This document shows positions 52,217 through 63,053 of a DNA stretch of 64,000 bases, piece after piece. Below the pieces are notes generated by a model. It was given only the letters and a program-made list of their open reading frames with translations. It did not search any database and was not told the origin of the DNA. A program made the translations under genes and the position numbers. Position 1 is the first letter of the stretch, and the number at the start of each line of letters is the position of its first letter. This DNA is from an uncultured Solirubrobacterales bacterium (GTDB lineage Bacteria; Actinomycetota; Thermoleophilia; Solirubrobacterales; 70-9): contig OY970238.1 of the NCBI GenBank assembly GCA_963715395.1, forward strand, positions 928,858-992,857, written 5' to 3'.

Positions 52217-52849
52217 GGCGCCGTGACGCCGGTCGGCTGAGCGGCCTCGAAGAAGGTCGCCATCGCCGCGTGGTCCTTACGCCCGGGCTTCGAGCTCGAC
52301 CCCGCTGGCGACGTCGACGGCGTAGGGCTGCGTCACCGCGATCGCGTGAGCGACGTTCTCGGGGCGCAGCCCGCCGGCGAGGATGTCGGGGACGTCGGAG
52401 CGGTGACCTCGCAACAGGCCCCAGTCGAAGCTCTCCCCCGTCCCGCCCCAGAGCCCTTTGCCGCGGCGGTCGAAGAGGTGAAAGTCGGTCCGGTAGGCCT
52501 CGGCGGCGTGGATGTCGGCGGCGCTGGCGACGTGGATCGCCTTGATCACCTTGAGGCCGGTCCGCCGCGCCACCTCGCCGCAGAATTGGGCGCCCTCCGC
52601 CCCGTTCAGCTGCACCATCGTCAAGCCGGCGTTCTCGACCGCCTTGTCGACTTCCTCCAGGGTCGGGTTGACGAAAACCCCGACGACCTCGCACTTGCGC
52701 TTGAACGCGGCCCCGATTTCGGTCGCGACCTCCGGCTCGACGCAGCGTGGGCTGCCGTCGAAATGGATCAGCCCGACGGCCCAGGCGCCGAGCAGAACAG
52801 CCTCGGCCGCGTCGTCCAGATTGGTGATCCCGCAGAACTTGACCCGCAT
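52213..52849 (-). pseudogene. trpF: Phosphoribosylanthranilate isomerase; frameshift 25 codons before the end
   Basis: MRVKFCGITNLDDA...ILAGGLRPENV...VDVASGVE is followed by an extra base near 52294. The rest reads [26 protein letters not shown], and its stop overlaps the trpB ATG (ATGA). The as-read ORF stops early at 52277. Confidence 0.85.
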
Positions 52850-52876
52850 GCCCCCCAGACTACGGGAGTGCTGTGG

Positions 52877-54097
52877 CTATTCGGCAGGTTCGGCCGAGTC
52901 GGGCCGATCGCCCAGGGTCACGTTTGCGGTCTTCGTATCGCCGTCGCGCAGGATCGTCAACTCGAGCGCATCGCCCGGTTCGGCTTCATTGACGATTTCG
53001 ACGATTTCCTCCATCGAAGAGACCTTCTTGCCGTCGACCTCTGTAATCACGTCGCCACCGAGGCTGACCTGAGCGCCGTCGATCGTCGCCGAGGTGTTGC
53101 CGCCCTCGATCCCCGCCTTGTCCGCCGGGCCGTCTTTGACCACGGACTGGACGATCACGCCTTCGTCGACGGGCAGGTTGACCGCATCGGCGAGGTCCGG
53201 GGTGATGGTGCCGCCGCTGATGCCGAGGAAGGCGTGTTCGACTTCGCCCTTGGTCTTCAGCTGCTGGATCTCGGAGCGGACGGTGTCGATCGGGATCGCG
53301 AAGCCGATGCCGACGTTGCCGCCGCCCCCGCCGCCGGTGGCGATCTGGGAGTTGATGCCGATCACTTCGCCGTCGGCGTTGATCAGCGGTCCGCCCGAGT
53401 TGCCGGGGTTGATCGCGGCGTCGGTCTGAATCACGTTGGTGATCGAGAAGCCGTCGGGGGCTTCGATCTGGCGCTGCAGGGCGGAGACGATGCCGCTGGT
53501 GACGGTCCGGTCGAGCCCGAACGGGTTGCCGATCGCGACCACTGGGTCGCCGACTTCCATCTCCGCCGAATCGCCGAGAGCGAGTGGGTGAAGCTTGTCG
53601 GCCGGAGCGTCGACATCGAGGAGGGCGAGGTCCATCGAGGGGTCGGAGCCGACGAGCTCGGCCTCGTAGGCGGTCTCGGAGTCGCCGAGTTTGACCTGGA
53701 TCCGGTCGGCCCCTTCGACCACGTGGTTGTTGGTCAGCAAGTGGCCCTCCTGGTCGATCACGAAGCCGGAGCCGGTGGCGGTGCCGCCTTCCTGTTCCGG
53801 TTCGCCGAAGGGCGAGAAGGACTGCGATTCGCTGGCGCCGATGTCGGCTTCGATGAAGGCGACGCCTTCGCCGTCTTCGCGGTAGATCTGGTTGACGATG
53901 TTGGTGTCGCCATCGCTGGAGCGATCGGCGACGGGCGCCGCCATCGGCGCCGCGACGGTGGTCGTCGAGCCGCCCTCGGACTGGATCCAACCGGCCGCGA
54001 TTGCGATCCAGCCGAAGGCGGCGACGATGGCGCCGCCAAGCAGCGCCGAGCCAAATGGGGTGTGGAGGAGTCGTCGAGCCTTGGTCATGAGGGGCAT
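52877..54097 (-). CDS. HtrA/DegP-family serine protease with a PDZ domain, membrane-anchored
   Basis: The ORF reads TGSGFVIDQEGHLLTNNHVV...DLALL...GNSGGPLIN... and has a C-terminal PDZ-like domain (GVIVQSVVKDGPADKAGI). Confidence 0.9.
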   Translation of the reverse strand: MPLMTKARRLLHTPFGSALLGGAIVAAFGWIAIAAGWIQSEGGSTTTVAAPMAAPVADRSSDGDTNIVNQIYREDGEGVAFIEADIGASESQSFSPFGEPEQEGGTATGSGFVIDQEGHLLTNNHVVEGADRIQVKLGDSETAYEAELVGSDPSMDLALLDVDAPADKLHPLALGDSAEMEVGDPVVAIGNPFGLDRTVTSGIVSALQRQIEAPDGFSITNVIQTDAAINPGNSGGPLINADGEVIGINSQIATGGGGGGNVGIGFAIPIDTVRSEIQQLKTKGEVEHAFLGISGGTITPDLADAVNLPVDEGVIVQSVVKDGPADKAGIEGGNTSATIDGAQVSLGGDVITEVDGKKVSSMEEIVEIVNEAEPGDALELTILRDGDTKTANVTLGDRPDSAEPAE

Positions 54098-54168
54098 GAT
54101 CCCCCACCGCGCTGAGCCACCTCTAAATGCTCTTGAAAGATTGTCTAAATTCGCCGGGCCAGCGACGG

Positions 54169-54972
54169 CTAGAAGAGGTGCTCGCGGGTGCCTTCGTCGG
54201 CCCCGGTCAGTTCGCGCGTCTTCGCCTCGGGGTCCTCGGCGACCATCAGGGCGCCGCCGATCAGAACGGCGTCGACCCCTACCCGGTCCAACTCCTGCAG
54301 CTCGGCCGGGCCGGAGATGCCGCTCTCGGCGACCACGGTCTTGCCCGCCGGCACGTCGGGCATCAGCTCGAAGGTGGTCGCCAGGTCAACCGTGCCATGG
54401 TCGAGGTCGCGGTTGTTGATCCCGATCACCTCGGCGTCGGCCTCCAGCGCGCGCTCCAGCTCCTCGCCGTCGTGGACCTCGACCAGGCAGTCGAGGTCGA
54501 TCGCGCGGGCCTCGTCGTAGAGCGAGCGCAGGGTCTCGTCGTCGAGCACCCGGACGATCAGCAGCACCGCGTTGGCGCCGTTCACCGCCGCCTCGTAGAG
54601 CTGGTAGGGATCGACGATGAAGTCCTTGCGGATGATCGGCAGGCCGCAGGCGGCGCGCGCCGCCCGCAGATCCTCCAGCGAGCCGCCGAAATGCGGCTCG
54701 TCGGTCAGCACCGACAACGCCGCGGCACCGCCGCGCTCATAGGCACCGGCCTGGTCGGCGACCACGGCCGTGGTGGAGATATCGCCGGCGCTGGGCGAAC
54801 GCCGCTTGAACTCCGCGATCAGCGACAGCCCAGGCCGCACCAACGCCTCGTTGAACGGGCGGTCTTCGGCACGGCCGGATAGCCGCGACTCGAGCTCGGC
54901 CTGCGGGAGCTCGCGGCGACGCGCGTCGACTCCCTGCCTGGCCCCGGCGATGAGCTGATCGATCATGCCCAC
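54169..54972 (-). CDS. trpC: Indole-3-glycerol phosphate synthase
   Basis: The ORF reads ...LIAEFKRRSPSAG...LSVLTDEPHFGGS...IIRKDFIVDPYQ...VEVH...IGINNRDL. Confidence 0.9.
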   Translation of the reverse strand: MGMIDQLIAGARQGVDARRRELPQAELESRLSGRAEDRPFNEALVRPGLSLIAEFKRRSPSAGDISTTAVVADQAGAYERGGAAALSVLTDEPHFGGSLEDLRAARAACGLPIIRKDFIVDPYQLYEAAVNGANAVLLIVRVLDDETLRSLYDEARAIDLDCLVEVHDGEELERALEADAEVIGINNRDLDHGTVDLATTFELMPDVPAGKTVVAESGISGPAELQELDRVGVDAVLIGGALMVAEDPEAKTRELTGADEGTREHLF

Positions 54973-54986
54973 TTGCCTGACAGAGC

Positions 54987-56015
54987 CTAGTCGGCGGCGG
55001 CGGCCGTCGCCGCGATCAGCCGCCCGAGCACGTTTCCTGCCGCGCCGGAGTCGATTGCCTCGGCCGCCTTGGCGACGCCCTCGCTGAGATCGACCGCGAG
55101 CCCACCGACGTAGATCGCGGCGGCCGCGTTGAGCAAAGTCAGGTCGCGTCGCGGGCCGAGATCGCCGGCCAGCACCGAGCGCACGGCGTCAGCGTTCTCC
55201 TCCGGCGTTCCACCCGCCACCGACTCGAGGTCGGCCGGCGCGATCCCGAACTGGCTGGGTTCGACGAACCACTCCGAGGTGCCGCCGTCGGCGACCTCGA
55301 TCACCCGCGTGCGAGCCGAGATCGAGAGCTCGTCGAGGCCGTCCTCGGCGGAGACGACGAGCGCCTGCACGCTGCCGAGACTGACCAGAGCCTCGGCGAT
55401 CGTCTCCTGGTAGTGGCGGTCGGCGACGCCGAGCAGCTGCCGGTTGGCGCCAGCCGGGTTGGTCACCGGACCGAGGAAGTTGAAGATCGTGCGCACGCCG
55501 AGGGCCCTGCGGGCCGGGATCACGTGCGCCATCGCCGCGTGGTGGCGCGGCGCGAACATGAAGCCGAAGCCGACCTCGTCGATGCAACGCCCGACCTGCT
55601 CGGGCTCGAGCTCGATGTTGACGCCGAGCGCCTCCAGCAGGTCGGCGGAGCCGCACTTGCTGGTGTTGGAGCGGTTGCCGTGCTTGGCGACCGCGCAGCC
55701 GGCGGCGGCGGCAACCAGGGCCGCGGTCGTCGAGACGTTGAAGGTGGAGGGCCCGCCGCCGGTGCCGGCGGTGTCGACCAGGTCGGCACGACCGCTGGAG
55801 ACGGGCGCGGACAGCGAGCGCATCGTCCGCGCCAGGCCGACCAGCTCCGGCACCGTCTCGCCCTTCGCCCTCAGGGCGATCAGGAAGGCCCCCGTCTGCA
55901 CCGGGTCGGCACGGCCCTCCATGATCTCCTTCAGGACCGCCGAGGCGTGGTCGGCGGTGAGGTGGTCGCCGGCGCAGACCGCGTCGATCGCCCGGCTGAC
56001 GACGTCGTTTGGCAT
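54987..56015 (-). CDS. trpD: Anthranilate phosphoribosyltransferase
   Basis: The ORF reads ...GAFLIALRAKGET..VDTAGTGGG..FNVST...KHGNRS..S.CGSAD. Confidence 0.9.
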   Translation of the reverse strand: MPNDVVSRAIDAVCAGDHLTADHASAVLKEIMEGRADPVQTGAFLIALRAKGETVPELVGLARTMRSLSAPVSSGRADLVDTAGTGGGPSTFNVSTTAALVAAAAGCAVAKHGNRSNTSKCGSADLLEALGVNIELEPEQVGRCIDEVGFGFMFAPRHHAAMAHVIPARRALGVRTIFNFLGPVTNPAGANRQLLGVADRHYQETIAEALVSLGSVQALVVSAEDGLDELSISARTRVIEVADGGTSEWFVEPSQFGIAPADLESVAGGTPEENADAVRSVLAGDLGPRRDLTLLNAAAAIYVGGLAVDLSEGVAKAAEAIDSGAAGNVLGRLIAATAAAAD

Positions 56016-56020
56016 CGCTC

Positions 56021-56584
56021 TCAGTCGTCTCCGAGGAAGTTCTTCAGCAGGTGCTTGCCCTGTGGGGTGAGGACCGACTCCGGGTGGAACTGGACTCCCT
56101 CGGCCGGCAGCTCCCGGTGGCGGGCGGCCATCACGACGTCGCCCAGGGAGGCGCTCAGCTCGAGCTCGTCGGGCAGGTCGGGATCGGCCACGAGCGAGTG
56201 ATAGCGGCCGGCGACCAGCGGTGTCGGCAGGCCAGCGAAGATCGTGCGGCCGTCGTGGTCGACCTCGGCGTCCTTGCCGTGGACCGGCTCGCCCTGGACG
56301 ACGCGACCGCCGAAGGCCTCGACCATCGCCTGGTGGCCGAGGCAGACGCCAAGCACGGGTGTGCCGGCCTCGGCGAAGGCACGGATCGCCTCGCCGGAGA
56401 TCCCGGCCTCGGCCGGCGTGCAGGGCCCGGGCGAGACGACGAGCCGGTCGGCGCCGCGCTCCAGCAGCTCCCCGACCTCGGCCTTGTCGTTGCGCACGAC
56501 CTCGACCTCCGCGCCGAGCTCGCCCAGGTACTGGACCAGGTTGTAGGTGAAGGAGTCGTAGTTGTCGATCACGAGCACCCGCAT
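56021..56584 (-). CDS. trpG: Anthranilate synthase component II (glutamine amidotransferase)
   Basis: The ORF reads MRVLVIDNYDSFTYNLVQYL...GVCLGHQ...QFHPES. Confidence 0.9.
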   Translation of the reverse strand: MRVLVIDNYDSFTYNLVQYLGELGAEVEVVRNDKAEVGELLERGADRLVVSPGPCTPAEAGISGEAIRAFAEAGTPVLGVCLGHQAMVEAFGGRVVQGEPVHGKDAEVDHDGRTIFAGLPTPLVAGRYHSLVADPDLPDELELSASLGDVVMAARHRELPAEGVQFHPESVLTPQGKHLLKNFLGDD

Positions 56585-56586
56585 CG

Positions 56587-58125
56587 TCAGGCCCAGTCCG
56601 GTTGTTCGCAGGCGACCTCGACCGCGCGGAAGACGGCCTTCGCCTTGTTGACCGACTCGTTGTACTCGTAGCCGGGCTTGGCGTCGGCGACGGTGCCGCC
56701 GCCGGCCTGCACGTGCAGCTTGCCGTCCTTGACGACGACGGTGCGGATGTGGATCGCGGTGTCGAGGTCGCCGTCCCAGGAGAGGTAGCCGACGGCGCCG
56801 CCGTAGGAGCAGCGCTTGACCGACTCGAGCTCGTCGATGATCTGCATCGCCCGCACCTTCGGCGCGCCGGAGAGCGTTCCGGCCGGCAGGGCCGAGCGCA
56901 GAACGTCCATCGCGCTGACCCCCTCGCGCAGGGTGCCCGAGACCTGGCTGACGATGTGGAGTACGTGGGAGTAGGTCTCGACGACCATCAGCTCGTCGAC
57001 CGAGATCGAGCCGTACTCGCAGACGCGGCCGAGATCGTTGCGGCCGAGGTCGACCAGCATCACGTGCTCGGCCCGCTCCTTGGGGTCGTTGATCAGCCGC
57101 TCGGCGAAGCGCCGGTCCTCGTCCTCGCTGCGCCCGCGCGGGGAAGTGCCGGCGATCGGCCGCGTCTCCACCCGCCGGCCGCTGACCTTGACCAGCGGCT
57201 CCGGTGAGGCACCGGCGATCTGGAAGTCGCCGAACTCGAGGAAGTACATGTAGGGCGAGGGGTTGACGGCACGCAGGCCGCGGTAGACCGAGAAAGCCTC
57301 GACCGGCGCCGGCGCCGAGAAGCGCTGCGAGGGAACGACCTGGAAGGCGTCGCCGGCGTGCACGTACTCGACGATCCGTTCGACCGCTCCTTCGAACTCC
57401 TCCTGCTTCATGTTCGAGACGAACTGAGGTGGCTCCGCGATCGAGGGGCTGGCCGGAACCGGCACGGCGCCGCGCAAGCGTTCGCGCATCGCGGCGATTG
57501 TCGTCGCGGCGCGCTCGTAGGCGGCATCGATCCCGCCCTCATCGTCGGCGAAGGCGCAGGCGAGGATCGTCAGCTCGTGCCGCAGGTGATCGAAGACCAC
57601 CATCGCGTCGGTCACCATCAGCGCCATGTCGGGCAGGCCCAATGGATCGGGGTTCGGCTCGCCGAGGGGCTCGACCGTTCGCACCAGGTCGTAGCCGAAG
57701 AACCCGACCGCACCGCCGACGAACGGAGGCAGGCCCTCGACCGGGGCCGGCCGCAGGTCCCCCAGGCGCGCGGCGACCGCGGCGTAGGGGTCCGGCGCCG
57801 ATTCGCTGCGGCTCGGCGCCGCGCCAGCCGCGGCCTCCTCGCCGCTCCATTCGGACAGCGTGCCGTCACTCCAGCGCAGTACCGCCCGCGGCCGCAGACC
57901 GACGAAGGAGTAGCGGCCAACCTGGCCCTGCTCGGCCGACTCGAGCAGGAAGCAGGGCGCCCCCTCGGGCTCCGCGGCGCGCAGCTTGAGGAAGGCCGAA
58001 ACCGGCGTCTCACAGTCATCGACGAAGCGCGCGCGGACTGGCACGACGTTGCCCTCGCGGGCCAACTCCCGCGCCTGCTCGAGGCTGGGCTCGAGCTTCA
58101 ACTCGGACTCACTGGCTACGGTCAT
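56587..58125 (-). CDS. trpE: Anthranilate synthase component I
   Basis: The 512-aa ORF reads ...LLESAE...GRYSF.G...GPYMYFLEF...GTLSGAPKVRAM...RCSYGGAVGY. Confidence 0.9.
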   Translation of the reverse strand: MTVASESELKLEPSLEQARELAREGNVVPVRARFVDDCETPVSAFLKLRAAEPEGAPCFLLESAEQGQVGRYSFVGLRPRAVLRWSDGTLSEWSGEEAAAGAAPSRSESAPDPYAAVAARLGDLRPAPVEGLPPFVGGAVGFFGYDLVRTVEPLGEPNPDPLGLPDMALMVTDAMVVFDHLRHELTILACAFADDEGGIDAAYERAATTIAAMRERLRGAVPVPASPSIAEPPQFVSNMKQEEFEGAVERIVEYVHAGDAFQVVPSQRFSAPAPVEAFSVYRGLRAVNPSPYMYFLEFGDFQIAGASPEPLVKVSGRRVETRPIAGTSPRGRSEDEDRRFAERLINDPKERAEHVMLVDLGRNDLGRVCEYGSISVDELMVVETYSHVLHIVSQVSGTLREGVSAMDVLRSALPAGTLSGAPKVRAMQIIDELESVKRCSYGGAVGYLSWDGDLDTAIHIRTVVVKDGKLHVQAGGGTVADAKPGYEYNESVNKAKAVFRAVEVACEQPDWA

Positions 58126-58756
58126 TCAGCACTTCCATCACCGCGGCCTGAGAAACACCACGAGAGACCAGCAGCACGCTGAGGTGGTAGAGCAGGTCGG
58201 CGGCCTCTTCGGCGACGCGCTCGTTCGACTCTTCGCGCGCTGCGCGGATGACCTCCTCGGCCTCCTCCTCGACCTTCTCACCGATCAGGATGTGGTCGTC
58301 GAGCAGTTTCACCGTGTAGCTGCCGTCGGGCCGTTCGACGGCGCGGCCGCGCAGGGTCCGCTCCAGCGCCGAAAGAGCTTCGTAGGTGACCGGGAAGGGC
58401 TCGCCCGGGGCCGGCGGCGCGTCCTTGCGAGCCGAGGCGGAGCCCAGCACCTCGCGGTAGAAGCAGCTGCGCTGGCCGGTGTGGCAGGCCGGCCCGGCAG
58501 GGTCGACCATGGCCACCAGGGCGTCGCCGTCGCAGTCGTAGCGAAGCTGGCGCAGGTGCATGAAGCTGCCTGAGCTTTCGCCTTTTTTCCACAGTTCGTC
58601 GCGGGAGCGACTGTGGAAATGCAGGTCGCCCGTCTCCAGCGTCATTTCCAGGGATTCCGCGCTGACATAGGCCAGCATCAGGATCTCGCCCGTGGTCCAA
58701 TCCTGGACAACGCAGGGCGCCAGGCCCCGCTGATCGAATTCGATTTCCCCGAACAT
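58109..58756 (-). CDS. hisI: Bifunctional phosphoribosyl-AMP cyclohydrolase / phosphoribosyl-ATP pyrophosphatase
   Basis: It starts at ATG 58756. The HisI part reads LAPCVVQD..TGEILMLAY...CDGDALV..V...GPACHTGQRSCFY. The HisE part reads YTVKLL...KV.EEA.EV...AADLLYH. It overlaps the trpE start by 17 nt. Confidence 0.85.
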   Translation of the reverse strand: MFGEIEFDQRGLAPCVVQDWTTGEILMLAYVSAESLEMTLETGDLHFHSRSRDELWKKGESSGSFMHLRQLRYDCDGDALVAMVDPAGPACHTGQRSCFYREVLGSASARKDAPPAPGEPFPVTYEALSALERTLRGRAVERPDGSYTVKLLDDHILIGEKVEEEAEEVIRAAREESNERVAEEAADLLYHLSVLLVSRGVSQAAVMEVLNDRSQ

Positions 58757-58781
58757 CGGTCCAATCGTAGTGGCCGGGTCG

Positions 58782-59675
58782 CTACTCGATCCCGAGCCGG
58801 TCGAGCAGGTCCTCGTCGCGGCGCCAGTGGCGACGCACCCGCACGCTGAGGTCGAGGTGGACCTGCGAGCCCAGCTCGCTTTCGAGCGAGCGCCGCGCGG
58901 CGGTACCGATCTCACCGATCTTGGCGCCGCCCTTGCCGATCAGGATCCCCTTCTGAGACTCGGTCTCCGCCCAGATCTCAGCCGTCACGGTAACGAGGCC
59001 GTCCTCGCGTGGAGCGACCTCTTTGACCGCGACCTCGACCGAGTGTGGGATCTCCTGCCGGGTTCGGTTCAGTACCTGCTCGCGGATCAACTCCGCTAAC
59101 AGCAACTCGCTCGACTGGTCGCTGCTCTCCTCCGGCGGGTACATGTACGGCCCCTCCGGGATCAGCTCCCCGAGGCGCTCGACCAGGACCTCCAGCCCCT
59201 CCCCCGTGCGGGCGCTGATCGGAAACACCTCGTCGACCCCTTTCAGCTCGGCGGCCGCCGCCAACACCGGCACCAGCTCGTTCGGGCCGAGCCGGTCCGC
59301 CTTGTTGACGGCGCAGATGACGGGTAGCTTCGCGCCGGCCTCGAGCAGGGCGCGAACGATGAAGCGGTCGCCGGGGCCGACCCCCTCCTCGCCGTTGACC
59401 ACGACCAGGGCGATATCGGAGTCCGCCAGCTCGCGCTTGACCCGCTGCTGCATGCGCTCGGTGAGGACGTCGCGCGGGCGCTGCACGCCGGGCAGGTCGA
59501 CGAGGACGAGCTGGCGTTCGGACTCGAGGTCGGTGGCGACGCCTCGGATCGCCCGCCGCGTCGTCTGCGGCCGCACCGAAGCGATCGCCACATGGGAGCC
59601 GACGATCGCGTTGACCAGGGTCGACTTGCCGGCGTTCGGGCGCCCGGCCAAACCGATGAAACCAGAGCGGCTCAT
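58782..59675 (-). CDS. era: GTPase Era
   Basis: It has the motifs GRPNAGKSTL, DLPG and NKAD, and a C-terminal KH domain. Confidence 0.9.
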   Translation of the reverse strand: MSRSGFIGLAGRPNAGKSTLVNAIVGSHVAIASVRPQTTRRAIRGVATDLESERQLVLVDLPGVQRPRDVLTERMQQRVKRELADSDIALVVVNGEEGVGPGDRFIVRALLEAGAKLPVICAVNKADRLGPNELVPVLAAAAELKGVDEVFPISARTGEGLEVLVERLGELIPEGPYMYPPEESSDQSSELLLAELIREQVLNRTRQEIPHSVEVAVKEVAPREDGLVTVTAEIWAETESQKGILIGKGGAKIGEIGTAARRSLESELGSQVHLDLSVRVRRHWRRDEDLLDRLGIE

Positions 59676-60033
59676 CGCAGCCCGGCGAGGACGCGTGACT
59701 GAACGGCGAGCATCTCACCGTCGTCTGTTTCGTGATCGTGGCCGCAGAGGTGGAGGACGCCGTGGACGGCAGCCTCGGTCACGTCGGTGCAGTGCTCGGG
59801 GCAGATCGCGACGTCGCCGAGCTCCCGCGGGCCTTGGGCCGGCCCGGCGCCGTCGATCGGGAAGGAGAGGACGTCGGTGGGCGTGTCCTTGCCCCGGTGG
59901 TCGCGGTTGAGCTCGCGAATCCGCCCGGCGTCGACCAGCTCGACCGCGACGTGGCCGTCGGCGACGCCGGCAGCCTCCAGGGTCGCCGCTACCGCTTCGC
60001 GCAGCTCCACGGGGACATCGGAAAGGTCCAGGC

Positions 60034-60037
<4 letters not shown>
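59672..60037 (-). CDS. ybeY: rRNA maturation endoribonuclease YbeY
   Basis: It has the metal-site motif HGVLHLCGHDH. Confidence 0.85.
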
Positions 60038-61006
<969 letters not shown>

Positions 61007-61026
<20 letters not shown>

Positions 61027-61438
61027 GCACCGCTGCGCTGACCCGCTTGCCGTCGGCCCGGCCGCCCAACTTGGGCATCAATGCCGACATCACCTGGCCC
61101 ATCTGCTTCTGTTCGGTGGCGCCGGTCTCGGCGACCGCGGCGTCGACCAGTTCGGCCAGCTCCTGGTCGGAAAGCTGCTGCGGCAGGTAGCCCTCGATCA
61201 GCTCCGCCTCGAAGCGCTCGGCCGCGGCCTGATCGGCTCGGCCGGCACCCTCGTAGGCCTCGGCCGCCTCGACCCGCTTCTTGCGCTCGCGCTGCAGCAC
61301 GGCGACCTCGTCGCCTTTGCCCAGCTTTGCGTCCTGCTGGAGCACGTCGACGATCAGCCGCAGCGCACCGGCCCGCCCCCGATCGCGGGCTTTCATCGCC
61401 GTGCGCACGTCATCCTGCACCTGCTCGAGAACGCTCAT
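61007..61438 (-). CDS. GatB/YqeY-domain protein
   Basis: The 143-aa ORF reads MSVLEQVQDDVRTAMKARD...LPQQLSDQELAELV...MGQVMSALMPKLGGRADGKRVS. Confidence 0.8.
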
Positions 61439-61442
61439 CTCG

Positions 61443-61847
61443 CTAAGGGTAGTCGGCGGCGTCCGGGGTCACGGCGAGGCCCTTGGAGACGAGGTCGGCG
61501 ATGTCGGTGCTGACCAGGGTCCAGCCGTAGCGGCGAGCGGCGGCCGCGTAGGCGGCGTCGTAGGCGGTGATCCCGTGCGCCGCGGAGAGCTCGAGCGCGG
61601 AGTGGACCAGCTTTGGGTCGACCGGGAGGAGGCTTTCGCCGCAGCGGGCCTCGATCAGGTGGCAGAGATCGGCGGCCTCGGCGTGACGGCTGCGACGGAC
61701 GCCAAGGCCGTTGGCTACCTCGTAGAGCGTCAGATCGAGGGCCCCCACCGGTCGCGACGGGTCGACGACGAGCGCGCGAGCGGCGTCGAAGTAACGGTCG
61801 CCGCCGTCCTTGGCGGAAATCCAGACGCTGGCGTCGAGGAGGAGCAC
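61443..61847 (-). CDS. vapC: PIN-domain toxin VapC
   Basis: The ORF reads VLLLDASVWI...TLYEVANGL...ITAYDAAYAAAA...LVSTD. Its GTG at 61847 lies just after the vapB stop. Confidence 0.75.
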   Translation of the reverse strand: MLLLDASVWISAKDGGDRYFDAARALVVDPSRPVGALDLTLYEVANGLGVRRSRHAEAADLCHLIEARCGESLLPVDPKLVHSALELSAAHGITAYDAAYAAAARRYGWTLVSTDIADLVSKGLAVTPDAADYP

Positions 61848-61848
61848 G

Positions 61849-62064
61849 TCAATGCGCTTCGCGGTCTTCGCGGACCAGCCTGGCGGCGTCGCCACCGAGA
61901 TCCACGGGAGGACCGAGCAGTTCTTCGAACTCCTTGCGGCGCTTCGCGCTCTCGGCCGAAAGCTCCCGCTCGGCGAGGCGCTGGAGGAAACCGCTGCGGG
62001 TCTCACGGTTGGCGCGCGCGCGAGCGTCTAGACGCTCCAGCAGGTCGTCGGGAATGGAGATCAT
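61849..62064 (-). CDS. vapB: Ribbon-helix-helix (CopG-like) antitoxin VapB
   Basis: MISIPDDLLERLDARARANRETRSGFLQRLAEREL is an RHH signature. An alternative GTG start is at 62076. Confidence 0.7.
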   Translation of the reverse strand: MISIPDDLLERLDARARANRETRSGFLQRLAERELSAESAKRRKEFEELLGPPVDLGGDAARLVREDREAH

Positions 62065-62195
62065 TACCTTGGCCACGGGGTGAGTATATACGGTATTGCC
62101 GGCGGCTAGAGTGGGCATGGGGCGATATTCCCCGGTGCGGGCGCGCGTGTGGTGCGCAGAAACGAACAATTCTGTGCCAACTGCGACACGAGGCG

Positions 62196-62996
62196 CTACC
62201 CCGCCTCGATCTCGATCTGCTCGACGTCGCCCAGCGGCATCTGCAGGAAGCGGGTGCCGAGATCGCGGAAGGACGCGGCATCGCCGGTGCAGAGGAAGCG
62301 GTAGTCCCCCTCGCCGTCGGGCTCGCGGGCGAGGCCGGCTCCCTCGAGCGTGCGCTGGACCGCCGCCGCGACCGCGTGACCACCGCTGACCAGCCGGACG
62401 TCGCGGCCGAGGATGCGCTGCAGCATCGGCGCCACCAGCGGGTAGTGGGTGCAGCCAAGGATCAGGGTGTCGACTTCGGCCCGCTTCAGCGGCGCGCAGT
62501 AGGCGCGGGCCATCTCCATCGTGCCCTCGTCGAAGGCCGAGTCCTCCTGGATGAACGGGGCCAGCTTCGGCGCCGCGACTTCGGTCACCTCCAGTGCCCG
62601 TCCTTGGGCTTCCAGGGCGCGGCGGTAGGCGCCGCTCTCGACCGTGTTGGAGGTCGCCAGCACCCCGACCTTGGCGCTGTCGGTGATCGCGGCCGCGATC
62701 TCGGCCTGCGGCTCGACTACCGGCACCACCTCGACGCCGCTGGCGGCGCCGACCTCACGGGCGACGTCGGCGCCGATCGAGGTCGCCGTGTTGCAGGCGA
62801 TCACCAGCAGCTTGGCGCCGCGGCGGAGGAGCAGCTCGGAGATCCGCGCGATCCGTTCGCGCAAACGATCGGGATCGCGGCTGCCGTACGGGAACATCGC
62901 CGTGTCGCCGAGGTAGAGGAAGTCCTCCTCTGGCAGGGAGACCAGGCACTCGTGCAGGACGGTGAGGCCGCCGACGCCGGAATCGAACATCGCCAC
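62196..62996 (-). CDS. murI: Glutamate racemase
   Basis: The ORF reads FDSGVGGLTV...VIACNTAT...LGCTHYP. Confidence 0.9.
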   Translation of the reverse strand: MAMFDSGVGGLTVLHECLVSLPEEDFLYLGDTAMFPYGSRDPDRLRERIARISELLLRRGAKLLVIACNTATSIGADVAREVGAASGVEVVPVVEPQAEIAAAITDSAKVGVLATSNTVESGAYRRALEAQGRALEVTEVAAPKLAPFIQEDSAFDEGTMEMARAYCAPLKRAEVDTLILGCTHYPLVAPMLQRILGRDVRLVSGGHAVAAAVQRTLEGAGLAREPDGEGDYRFLCTGDAASFRDLGTRFLQMPLGDVEQIEIEAG

Positions 62997-63053
62997 CGGC
63001 AGCGAGGCGTCGAGCTGAGAAGTGACCTCGGTCAGTGGACCGGCAGCCGACCG

